Both the position numbers and the translations under genes were made by a program. Below the pieces are notes generated by a model. The model searched no databases. It saw only the letters and a program-made list of their open reading frames with translations, and had not been told where the DNA came from. A stretch of 35,258 nt of DNA from positions 509,527 through 544,784 of the forward strand of contig WELA01002985.1 of the NCBI GenBank assembly GCA_009602735.1, in the 5' to 3' direction. Shown in pieces: positions 1 to 10,841 of the stretch. The DNA is from Mesotaenium endlicherianum. Lineage: Eukaryota. Positions within the stretch are counted from its first letter, which is position 1. Every line of letters begins with the position of its first letter.

Positions 1-638
1 ATTCGCCCAGGCTGTTAGGATTCACGCTTGCTCCATCTGATGACCTGGCCAGGGCCACCAAAACAAGGTACATCTCCTTCACCTGATTCGCCCTGCATAG
101 CTTCTTAACTTGTAGGCTCGACAGAAGACAATTACTTGTGGTCGTATCCACCTCCACCTGTTTCGCTGTCTCCATTTGACCATCACGCCCTTGGACCTTC
201 ACTTGTCCTGTGCTCCAGTGCACTTGAGGGTTGGCTTTTCTTAGCCATGGTCGGCCCAATATCACCTCATGGTGACCTAAGTCTGCTTGCTCCATAAGTT
301 CAGTACTTTGGTGCCCCGCTACTTCCACGTGAATAGCTTCCGTAGATGCACCACACTTGAGTCTCTGCCCATTTGCCAAAATTGCCTCCCTATACTCATA
401 ATGCTTCTGCAAAGGGATTCGCCACTCTTTCACTAGCTTCTTGTGCAAAAGTTTGCACTTGCGCCACCGTCGACCATAAACTTCACCTTGTTGCCGTCGA
501 CCACTCCTTCCACGATGATAGGCTTGTCAACGTCTCGTCCTTTGCCTCTCGGCTGGCTTCTGGGGATAACCTCCTTGTGAGTTCTCGTCTTCACGCCAGT
601 TGACACCCCAGAACGACTTACTGGCGTCCTCCTTTTCC
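1..638 (-). pseudogene. pol: Ty3/Gypsy pol 5' part (aspartic protease), disrupted; runs off the window's left edge
   Basis: ORF 433..702 gives KPIIVEGVVDGNKVKFMVDGGASANF (D-G-G-A active-site motif). After a frameshift/stops it reads ...HEVILGRPWLRKANPQVHWSTG, a typical Gypsy protease C-terminal motif. Confidence 0.9.
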
Positions 639-639
639 C
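593..639 (-). promoter_or_regulatory. -1 programmed ribosomal frameshift signal between gag and pol
   Basis: Minus strand: slippery heptamer G GGA AAA (639-633), 5-nt spacer, 8-bp stem ACGCCAGT (627-620)/ACTGGCGT (600-593). The pol frame is -1 relative to gag. Confidence 0.75.
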
Positions 640-1642
640 TACTGTTGAGGTTGCTTCGCCTTCACATGACAGTCTCGAGCCAGATGTCCAAGCTTGCCAC
701 AATAATAGCAGGGTCCTCTCGACTTCAAATTATGCTGCCTGCGCTGGTACTGAGCAAGTCCCAACTCCATAGGTACTGGACCTTGAACACTCGTGCTTGG
801 TGCTTGAGATCCAAAGTGTCGATATCCTCCAAAGTTGTGGCTGCCCCACTGTCTCTGACTATATTCCAGAGCGTCGACCCTTGTTGCCAATGCCATCATT
901 TCTCCAAGACTAGTAAGGTCCTTGAGCGCCACTTCCTTGGCCACAGTTGGCTTGAGTCCCCTCTTGAACTTGTCCATCATCTCCGAATTGTGCATGGATG
1001 GACATTGAAGCACCAGCTCGTTGAAGCGCAAAACATACTCCTGAATGCTTCCTCGTTGACGAAGGCGCACCAATAGATCTCGAGCTGCAGCCTCGGGTGC
1101 GATAGGTTGAAATTGCCTCTTCAAGCCTTCAAAAAGTTGATCAATTGTAGCAGGAAATCCAGACAGCTGCTCCTCTCGCTCATACCAAGCTCCAGCACTC
1201 TTCTTCAGCAAAGTAATCACAAAGGCAACTTGCCTGTCGGGCGTGAGCGCAGAATTCTCCATAAACTTCTTCACCTCAAAAATCCATTGATGAACAGGCG
1301 GCGATGCACGCTCTCCAGTGCACACTTCAGGCTTAGGCGCACGCACTCCTGATGCGGGTACAATAACTGGTTGCACCACTGGATTAACATGGATTGGTGG
1401 TACAACAGGTGCAGGTGCCGAACTTGTTGAAGCGGCATTCCCAACAACAACTCGCACCATTCTCTCCATCTCCGCGCACATATTTTGTTGAAATTGGGCG
1501 TAGACTTCTCCTCCAATTGCATTTGCCATTTACCTTAGCATTGCCTGCATTTCCTGTTGCTCTCTGGTCATCGTTGGTGCTGCCTGCTGCGCTCAACATG
1601 CTCAACATGTTCGCCTCCTCTAGCTGCCGGCTGCGACTCCAT
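618..1642 (-). pseudogene. gag: Ty3/Gypsy gag (Retrotrans_gag capsid-like + CCHC zinc knuckle)
   Basis: ORF 639..1529: WIFEVKKF, LKKSAGAWY, LRQRGSIQEYVLRF, KFKRGLKP, GPVPMELG, CYYCGKLGHLARDC. In-frame TAA at 1530-1532, TAG at 639-641 and a frameshift near 1595 interrupt it. Likely native end ...GKGGRQ* at 618. Confidence 0.92.
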
Positions 1643-1665
1643 AATATAATATGCAAACTAGCCCA

Positions 1666-1677
1666 GCTCCGATACCA
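1666..1677 (-). promoter_or_regulatory. Primer-binding site (tRNA-iMet type)
   Basis: Minus strand TGGTATCGGAGC, 2 nt after the LTR end ...CCTTTCA; variant of the canonical TGGTATCAGAGC. Confidence 0.9.
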
Positions 1678-1679
1678 GA

Positions 1680-2423
1680 TGAAAGGGGCAGAGTGCCCCT
1701 AGTGGAAGCGTAGTAACTTACGAGGAAAGGAACTAGTTGCAATCATACTAAAGAGTGCAGCGGCATATCACTAAGAAAGCTTAGGAATATTACTCAACAT
1801 TTGAGTAGCAAGATACTGCTCACAAATGATGTAGAATGGAAGGCCTTGTCATTGCAAACCCGTAGAAATTTACAGAAGTGAAAACTGATGAGAAATGAAG
1901 AAGTTATGCCTTTTTATAGTTTTCTACCCCAATGCTCCTCTCCAGGAGGAAGCTACGGAATTTTCTAAGTGTTCGTCAAATCGTCCCTTCCAGAATATTT
2001 GTAAGTAGGCCAGATCAGTCTCATCTGATGTGTTGGGTCAAATTGACGTCCACATACATGCATCGACATTACTAGAATATTCTATCTTAGGCGCGCTAGG
2101 CTAAATCAAAATTTCTAGGTAAATTGACCTAGTCGGCACTCCGCGTCAGCCGAACTTACGTGAAATTTCGAGTTCACTCTAACGGGCCATATCGCCCGAT
2201 GCTGTTGGTCAATGCGACGATTGCGCTCACCGCGAAATAAGGACAGTCGTCAACCGACCTCAAAACTAATTAAACTTTGGAAATCCATTACTCTCTCAAT
2301 ACTTGACCAAATTCGATGAACTTTATATCAAAATGACCAAGAAAATGCACTCTAGAGTTTTACGCAATCAAAACATACTTTCGTGAAACTCAAAAATGCA
2401 CTTGTTGAACCTATGACCTTACA
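1680..2423 (-). mobile_element. 5' LTR of Gypsy family A (744 bp)
   Basis: TG...CA termini (tgaaagg...ccttaca), adjacent PBS and gag, homologous along its length to 8008..8752. Confidence 0.92.
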
Positions 2424-2483
2424 GCCCGTGACTGCTCTCGTTCCACGTGCTTGCTAGGACCTACGCTGCCGCAAATTGCTGCT

Positions 2484-2957
2484 GCCTGCACACTCTCCGT
2501 CTCTTGCAGGCTCTGGCAGCAGGCTCTGGCTTGTTGGGGTGGGCGGGGGGTGGGGGGCCTGCTCCTCTCGCCGAGTTGGCAATCATGAGGGGGCTGCAAT
2601 ACAAGCATCTGCACTCCTTCTCGCCCTCCTTAGTGCGTCCAGGGGCTGTCCTCGCCTCCTTTTTTAGCGTGTGGAGAGGTTTGTGCAGGGGCTGTGTGGG
2701 GCAATGTAGGGCAGGGCAGAGGGAAGAGAGACTGTGCAGAAGGGAGCAGGTTAGGCGAGGAAGAAGGAGGAGGGAAGAGGGAGGAGGGAGGAGATTGGGC
2801 AGGGAGGGAGGAAGCAAGAGGGAGGAGGGAGAGGTCAGGGATGTGCAACGCTGCCTGCAGCTGCCTGCAGCGCTGCACACTCTCCGTCTTTTGCAGGCTC
2901 TGGCAGCAGGCTCTCGCTTGTTGGGGTGGGTGAGGGGTGGGGGGGCTGCTCCTCTTG
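2484..2957 (+). repeat. ~85-bp direct repeat pair (about 2484-2569 and 2873-2957) around purine-rich sequence
   Basis: ctgcacactctccgtctYttgcaggctctggcagcaggctctSgcttgttggggtggg...ctgctcctct occurs twice, about 389 bp apart. Confidence 0.8.
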
Positions 2958-2967
2958 CAGCAGGCCT

Positions 2968-4289
2968 TATTGCTGGCCAGGCATGTCTAAGCAAGTCAAG
3001 GAGTACTGCAGGAGCTCTGACACATGCCAAGGAATCAAGCCATCGTCGCAAAAGGCGGGAGGACTCCTCCAACCACTACCAATCCCCGAAATATAACGGA
3101 CAGACATCTCAATGGACCTTATCATGGACCTGCCCGTGACACCTCGAGGCCATAATGCAATACTAACGGTGGTGGACACACTTACCAAGATGGCTCATTT
3201 TATTCCCACGACGACTAAGGCTACAGCACCACAACTTGCAAGACTCATCTTTGACAACATCTTCCGATTCCATGGACTACCATCAAGAATTGTGTCGGAT
3301 AGAGATCCCAGATTCACAAGCCATTTTTGGAAAAAACTCTTCAAGAACTTGGGTACATCGCTGGATATGTCCACTGCCTACCACCCGCAATTGAATGGGC
3401 AAACCGAGCGTATGAATCTTACCCTAAAGACCTCTCTAAAGGCCTACATGTCTACTCTGGAGAAAGATTGGGACATGTACTTGACCCCCTTGGAGTTTGC
3501 CTACAACAACACGACGCAGGCCTTTACCCAAGAGTCCCCATTCTTCCTCAACTATGGCTTCCATCCAACCACGCCGCTGAGCTTCACGGCTGGCCATGAT
3601 GAAGTACTTGCAACAACAGATTTTATGGAGACATTAGAAGCGGCCCTTACAGCAGCAAAGAAAGCTCTACAACAGGCGCAAGATGCTCAAACAAGAGTCG
3701 CAAACAGGTCCAGAAGAGAAATTACGTACAAAGTGGGTGACAACGTGTTACTATCATTCAAGAATATTTCTCTAAACAATAGGCCTGCTGGCAGCAAGTT
3801 CTCTCCCAAGTATTTGGGACCCTTCAAAATTATCCAGCAAGTCAACCCCGTTGGATCCTAAAGCTAGAACTTCCCCAGACTACGCACATCGACCCCGTAT
3901 TCCACGCTTCCCTCTTCAAGCCATATGTGCAACCCGACAACTAGTTCCCAGGACGTGTGACAACCCCATCAGCCCCAACAATAGTGGATGATCATTTGGA
4001 GTACAAAGTGGAAAACATAGTGGCTATGAGAAATTTCAGGAGACAGCAGCAATACTTGATCAAGTGGAAAGGATATCCAGATTCGGAGAAAAGTTGGGTG
4101 GCGGCGCACTACCTTGACAAAGTTCAGAGAAAGTTGAAGCGCTTCCATGCCGCCAACCCCCATCTTGGACCAGCCCAAAGTCTCTCTATTAGAAGCCCGA
4201 AGACTTTAGGGAGGCAGCCTGCCACTATCAAGAAGCAGCAGAAGACCTCTTGGAGGCAGCCTGCAAGAACAAGAAAGAGGAAAAATTGA
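2968..4289 (+). pseudogene. Chromovirus (Gypsy family B) integrase + chromodomain, 5'-truncated and disrupted
   Basis: YCWPGMSKQVKEYCRSSDTCQ...GGLLQPLPIP (Zn-binding end); rve core with DDE in SMDLI / IVSDRDPRFTSHFW / GQTERMN; YLGPFKI (GPY/F motif); chromodomain YKVENIV...YLIKWKGYPDSEKSW. Frameshift near 3100 and stops near 3859 and 3942. Confidence 0.93.
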
Positions 4290-4910
4290 CATTAGACAAT
4301 CTTCTCTTCTCGCAATTTCTGGACAGAAAACTAAAACTGCTACTGGTGATAGGTCTCAGCATAACAAATTCTGAAAATTTACGTGGCTGTAGTCCATGAG
4401 TAGCCGGTCATTTAGAGTCCAAGTTTGGTCAATTTGAAGCACTGGTGAGAGAGATATGATGCTCTAAGTAGAAGGGGGTCAGGCTGCTGGCATTGTTAGG
4501 GCAGAATATGCCTTCTGACATTGTGCCTTCTCCTGAACTTGGAATGCTCTGAAACTCATGACTCTTGTAGAACATCTTACAGCGCCCAGTTTGAGACTTA
4601 TTTTGCAGAATTTGGAGAAGTATAGAAGGACTGATGATTTTCAGATTTTTCTGCACAGATTTGGAGGAGTGCCTACTCTCTCAGCTCTCAACAACACTCC
4701 AGAAGTTAGAATGCTCTCAAATTTGGTGACCCGGTAGAGTTCTTGGACGCGGTCTGTCTGGCACTCCAATTTTTAGATTTAGAGCAATTTTGTGGATGCT
4801 ATGAATTTTTAAATTCGTGGCAAATTCTGGGCCAACTTGTGGAATTTTCTTTATCGTAAAGGAATAGGCTAGCCAATAAGGTCACACCACCCACGACCTT
4901 GCCTAGTCTA

Positions 4911-5035
4911 CCTTACATGTGTAGCACCTGACTTGGCGCCTTGGACTAATCCTCTTCACATGTGTGGCATCTGACTTGAAGCTGTTGACTAGTTTGCTCC
5001 ACATGTGTAAGACCTTACTTGACGCGCCGAGACGT
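4911..5035 (+). repeat. Three ~42-43-bp diverged tandem units in the family-B 3' UTR (repeated at ~5980-6105)
   Basis: Recurring core acatgtgt..ca.ctgacttg at about 4914, 4957 and 5001. Confidence 0.7.
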
Positions 5036-5048
5036 CGCTTTTTCTATT

Positions 5049-5560
5049 GGGGGGGTGATGTAGTGATTTGAGTTATTATATATTAGTTTGCATATATTTT
5101 AATGTTTTCAAATATATTTGGAGTAGTATGTGTGGATTCAAGTGTGAATAGGTACTCTAGTGACTTGGCTCATGTTCTTTGAACCTTCTAAGGCATTTTC
5201 AAAGTTAGAGGAAAGACCTAGAAGAACTCCACGTGGCAAAAGTCAAATGTGCCATTTTTAGGTCAAAAGGACATGTGTACATTATTCTAGAAAGAGGTGG
5301 CAAGTTTTGGGATGGGTTGGGTGCCAACACATCAACATACACCTTCCTAGAAATTACTTATGTAACAAGTATATAAACAAGAGCTAGAACATAGAAAGAA
5401 ATTCCAGAATCACTCTTGTACGTGCCAAATTCCAGAAATACATTAACTTTCAAGAAGTCATCTCTCTTTCAAGAAGCTACCACTTGTGTTCAAAGATCCT
5501 TGTCTTGAATAGATAATGTATTCTATTTTACTAAGTACTTTATCTATCTGTTTCACTACA
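5049..5560 (+). mobile_element. PPT (5049-5058) + 3' LTR of family B (5059-5560, 502 bp)
   Basis: GGGGGGGTGA followed by TGTAGTGA...TCACTACA (8-bp terminal inverted repeat), downstream of the integrase. Confidence 0.92.
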
Positions 5561-5871
5561 CTCAGCATGCATGCACGCCTTGTGACTGTCGCGCGTGACT
5601 GCTTAGCATTTCAACTGGCAATCACGCCTATGTGGCTGGCGGCTGGAAGCGTTTGAGATGAACGCTCAAGCCGTAACTAGTCACTCGAGGGTCTTGGCCG
5701 AGGTGGCACACAACGCCTCTGCAACATCCCTGCTGTACTTGGCTTAGATAGCCGATTGATCAGTACCTTACTTGGCACTTGTTGGGCTGGCTCATTGCTG
5801 GTCCAAGGCCCCCAGCCTTTCGGCTGACTACTCCGTCCAAATCCCCATCCATCCCTGAGATTTGACGTGTC

Positions 5872-6630
5872 GGATTTTTGAGTTTGTGGCAGATTCTGGG
5901 CCAACTTGTACAATTTTCTTTATCATTAAGGAGTAGGCTAGCCAATAAGGTCACACCACCCACGACCTTGCCTAGTCTACCTTACATGTGTAGCACTTGA
6001 CTTGGCGCCTTTGACTAGTCCTCTTCACATGTGTGGCATCTGACTTGAAACTGTTGACTAGTTTGCTCCACATGTGTAAGACCTGACTTGACGCGCCGAG
6101 ACGTCGCTTTTTCTATCGGGGGGGTGATGTAGTGATTTGAGTTATTATATATTAGTTTGCATATATTTTGATGTTTTCAAATATATTTGGAGTGGTATTG
6201 TGTGGATTCAAGTGTGAATAGGTACTCTAGTAACTTGGTTCATGTCCTTTGAACCTTCTAAGGCATTTTCGAAGTTAGAGGAAAGACCTAGAAGAACTCC
6301 ACGTGGCAAAAGTCAAATGTGCCATTTTTAGGTCAAAAGGACATGTGTACATTATTCTAGAAAGAGGTGGCAAGTTTTGGGATGTGTTGGGTGCCAACAC
6401 ATCAACATACACCTTCCTAGAAATTACTAATTTAGTAAGTATATAAACAAGAGCTAGAACATAGAAAGACATTCCAGAATCACTCTTGTACTTGCCAAAA
6501 TATAGAAATATATTAACTTTCAAGAAGCCATCTCTCTTTCAAGAAGCTATCACTTGTGTTCAAAGATCCTTGTCTTGAATAGATAAACTATTCTGTTTTA
6601 CTAAGTACTTTATCTATCTGTTTCACTACA
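5872..6630 (+). mobile_element. Second family-B 3' end: partial 3' UTR, PPT (6118-6127) and LTR (6128-6630)
   Basis: Highly similar to ~4804-5560, with the same termini. No PBS or coding sequence lies between the two LTRs. Confidence 0.9.
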
Positions 6631-6680
6631 GTATATCATCTTGCTGATATTACATTCTATATACAACTGATATATAAATC

Positions 6681-6796
6681 TCAGCAAACTATACTATGAT
6701 ACAAAAGTCATCCTGCTGACCTTCTCAACAAAGTCAGCAAACTACACTATGATACAAAAGTCATCCTGCTCACCATTTTGACAAAGTAAGTAAACT
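6681..6796 (+). repeat. 53-bp tandem repeat (2 copies + partial)
   Basis: tcagcaaactaYactatgatacaaaagtcatcctgct... starts at 6681 and 6734; degenerate third start at 6787. Confidence 0.85.
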
Positions 6797-8007
6797 TGCA
6801 TTACATCGACATACAGTCGTTTAAATGAACTCGCGCATGTGAGTATATTGACATAATACTTATTTAGTGTTGTATTTATACATGCAATTAATTAAATAAA
6901 TAATGAACTGACTCATTACACCCGCACACCTGGCCCACCCACAAAAGCTCTCTATGCTCTGAACTTGGAGGGCACTTGCAAGTCTGTGTCACTCTGGGGC
7001 TGGAGAAGGGAGCGGGGTGGGAGGAGCTGGGGGAGGATGGGGGAGGGTGCAGACTAGCATTGCCACGCGCTGTTAAAACAGGGCTTTGCAGTGTCACCCT
7101 TGAAATGGCTGCAGTGCTCTTACTACAGCCCTGTGCTTCGACAGACAACAGGTATAAGCGTTAAATCAAACCTCCTTATTCCTAAACCAGAAACGTACGG
7201 CTTCTGCCTAAACTTATCATAAATGTGAATTTTAACAGCCCTTGCCCGTGGCCCCTACCCCCTTGCCAACGCCCCCCAACTGCCGGCTCGGTGCATCGCC
7301 CCCAGGTCGGTCTTCTGATTGCTATAGGGCAGATAAAAATTACTGAGGAGGCGTGATGACGACTGTCAGCTGGCACGAGCGTGCGGGCCAGAGCATGGCT
7401 GGACTTGACCGGCTCGCTGGCTGGGTGGCTGGGTGGCGGGCTCCATGGTGCAAATGGATGGTGGTGATGCATTGCTGACTCTACAACACCCTGCTGTCGT
7501 TTACTTGCTACATGCCATGAGAGTGGTTGGCAAGGACACTTGTGGCCCCCTCGTGCATGCGTGCGGCCCAATCCCACACGCCTCACCATTCAAGATTTGG
7601 CTAGGATTGCACTAAGGGATAGAGCTAGGCTAGCTAGGGATGAGAGTTACTGGCCGCTCCCCAGGGCATCAGGGAGGGATGAGTGGGTGTGACTGCTTGC
7701 GCACGGCATACAGGCGGTAAAGCTGGTGGAAAAGGAGGGGCAGATGATTAAGACGGAGCTGCAGCAGCAGGTGAGCTCTCTGTCATTGCATAGATCACGT
7801 GTCATTGGAGCAAAGGCAGTCTTGCAGTGCGTCCAAACCTACATCAGAGGCCGGCTGGAACTTCTCCACCTTCAAGCTGAGTCGAAGTCCTGTCAAAGCA
7901 GGTGCTTGCGCATGCAAGCCTAGCGTGGCGCCCCTGTGTACGTGTCAGTGCACTAGTCAAGTGCTCCTTCTGTTGATGCTTGGCTGCCGACGGATAATTG
8001 CTGGCTG

Positions 8008-8752
8008 TGAAAGGGGCAGAGTGCCCTAGTGGAAGCGTAGTGACTCACGAGGAAAAGAACTAGTTGCAATCATACTAAAGAGTGCAACGACATATCACTT
8101 AAGAAAGCTTAGGAAAATAACTCAACATTTTGAGTAGCAAGAAACTGCTCACAAGTGATGTAGAATGAAAGGCCTTGTCATTACAAACCCGTAGAAATAT
8201 ACAGAAGTGAAAACTGAAAAGAAACAAAGAAGTTATGCCTATTTATAATTTTCTGCCTAAGTGCTCCTCCCTAGGAGGAAGCTACGGATTTTCCTAAGTG
8301 TTTGTCAAATCGTCCCTTCCAGAATATTCGTGAATAAGCCAGATCAGTCTAATCTGACGTGTCGGGCCGAATTGACGTCCACATACATGCATCGACATTA
8401 CTAGAATATTCTATCTCAGACGCGCTAGGCTAAACCGAAACTTCTAGGTAAATCGACCTAGTCGACACTCCGCGTCAGCCGAACTTACGTGAAGGTTCAA
8501 GTTCACACGAACAGGCCAGATCGCTTGACGCTGTCGGTCAATCCCGCGGTCGCGCTCACCGCGAAGTAAGGACAGTCGTCAACCGACCTCAAAACTAATT
8601 AAACTTCAGAAATCCGTAACTCTCTCAACTCTTCACCAAATTTGATGAACTTTATATCAAAATGACCACAAAAATGCAATCTACACTTCTATGCAATCAA
8701 ATTATACTTTCATGAAACTCAAGAATGCACTCTATAAACCTATGATCTTACA
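8008..8752 (-). mobile_element. Solo LTR of Gypsy family A with 5-bp target-site duplication
   Basis: Homologous to 1680..2423; TG...CA termini; GGCTG on both sides (8003-8007 and 8753-8757); no PBS or PPT adjacent. Confidence 0.95.
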
Positions 8753-9212
8753 GGCTGCTTTTCGCTGCTGCACATTCTTATTCAGCTTTAATTGGTATGT
8801 GTCTGTGCAGTGGTTGTGGAAGTCAGCAGACACTTGGTGGTGTGCTTTATTTTGTCATACAACATGTGAGTGCAGGTCACATCTACGCACACGTTGCTGC
8901 AGTTAGTGGGTGTGTGGAGCAATGGTGCAGCCATCGGTATTCGTACCAGGCGGCCCATCAAATTAATCAGCAAGACTTCGATAAAGTAGACATAGAGGCA
9001 CAGAGGTTGCTCATAGGAGATAGTATTTGGACCTTGGAAATGTATTCAAAACATTAGCGAAACTGGACTGGATGTGTTGTTCCGCATATCAAGCCTCAGA
9101 GTGCTGATGATGTCGACTACGGCTGCCGTGAAGGCTGAAGAATGTGCACTACTAAAGCGACGGTTATTGTAGGTCATACTTCTCAAATTGTATCTAGGTC
9201 AGAATGTGACCT

Positions 9213-10429
9213 CTAAATCTTGCCAAAAGTCCGTCTACTTACATCGCTAACCAAACATATCGTGCAACCATAGTGTGGTCCATTGTCTAGCCGTGCGGCT
9301 GGGGGCTGGTAAGCGCGGTTTCGCACCAACTTGTCCAGCAGGCCCTTTGCATCCATCTCCCCAAGCTCGCAGAGGTCTTTGAGACACTCGTCCAGCATTT
9401 CCACGACCCCATTGCCCTCGTCGCCGTCGTCGCCACGGCTGGCCCCTGGCATGCCGTGAGGGCCCCCAGGACGGCCATCCCACCAGGCTGTGGTGTTGTC
9501 CTCCCCCATCTCGATAGCCAGAGACTCCTCAAGCTCGTTGAGGAGCGTGTCCTCCTCGGGCTCGTCGCAACTTCCCTGGTCCTATCCAGCCCGCACACCA
9601 TCCTCCTCCGCAACGGAATGCTCCTTGGCATGCTGGGCCACCTGGGCGTTGTCCTCTTCCTCCTCAAGATTGTGCTTGGCGAGCAGGTCAGCCACGCATG
9701 TCGGCGCTGCCCAAGGGACACCCTTTGGCAGGCTGGCCAGTGCGGCCTCACTCGCAACCCCCTCGAGAACAAGCCGCCTGTAGTCGTACAGGCCGAGCTT
9801 GCACTGCCCCACCCCTAACGTGCCCAGCCCCAACATGTCCGTGTTGAGGAGGCGGTGGCGCGCAAATCACTTGACTGCCCGAAGCTTGCAGCCCAAACCT
9901 CACAACAAGAGAAAACAGGAGAAAAACGTGGTCAAGGGGCACGGGAAAGTAGCGGTGCACACGCACCCTCCAAGCCCAACCTGACAGCTCCCATGCACAA
10001 ACACCAACTAAGCAGCAGACGGGCAGCCAAGTTGCTAGCTCACACGCACACACACCAAACAAGACAGTGAAGTTGTGGCTTGAATTACGTTAAGGGCAGA
10101 TTGTGCAAGGGTACTTACTTCTTCTCGATGGCAGCAGCCTCCCTCTCCCTGCTGGCCGCGCGCTTGTCCTTGCCCCCATCCTTCTCCTCCACCTGCGGCC
10201 TGCTGCCAGGGGCGTCCACTGATGCGTCAATCGCCACCCCCTCGACGCCCCCGCCCTCAATTTCCTTGCGTGACTCCACGTTGGCCCCGATGCGCTCGAG
10301 CTCACCCTTTAACGTCCTGTAGCATTCAGCGAGGTCGGGTGCAAAGGTGAACACCGCAACGTTGCTCACGCGCCCAGCGAGCTTCCTCCTCTCCGCTTGC
10401 AACAAGTGCACCAACCATTCATCCCACAA
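9213..10429 (-). pseudogene. Two decayed coding exons (charged/acidic, unknown function); probably the C-terminal exons of the YR-1 gene or a third gene of the element
   Basis: Exon WDEWLVHLLQAERRK...AAAIEK ends at a GTAAGT donor (~10118). A second frame ~9885..9213 stays coding-like through in-frame TGA (9867-9869) and TAG (9582-9584). Confidence 0.55.
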
Positions 10430-10841
10430 GCACCATAAAAGCGATTAGCCACACGCGCCAGTGCGTTGCCACACGCGTGGGACACCAGCCGCGACCGTAA
10501 ACGCTTGCCACACAGCTGAGCATTGCAGCATTAGGAGTGGAGGTTTGTCCTCTACAGACAAAACAACACAAGCATCAAGCATGCTCTTGTGAGGGAGAGG
10601 CACTTATTTAACACGGGCTACGACAAATCACGACGCCGCATAGACATTAGGATTAAGCTAATCCAGAATCGGTATCGGGTGTAGGGTTCGCACACGACCT
10701 TTAGGCTTCACAAGCAAAGTCAAGGTACAAGCAAATTAGGGGTAGGGTTTAACGGTCTGAGCTGGCTGGCACGGCAAGCCCCAACGATAAGCCAATGCAA
10801 GAAAGAGCAATTGCAATCAAGATGCCCTCAGCGCCCACACA

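Noticed and set aside
6681..6796. CRISPR-like repeat-spacer array (also considered for 4911-5035)
   Set aside because: Units are contiguous tandem repeats without unique spacers, in a eukaryotic context.
10680..10752. Telomere-like TAGGGTT / TTAGGG words
   Set aside because: Only a few scattered degenerate copies in a probable intron or intergenic stretch; not an array.
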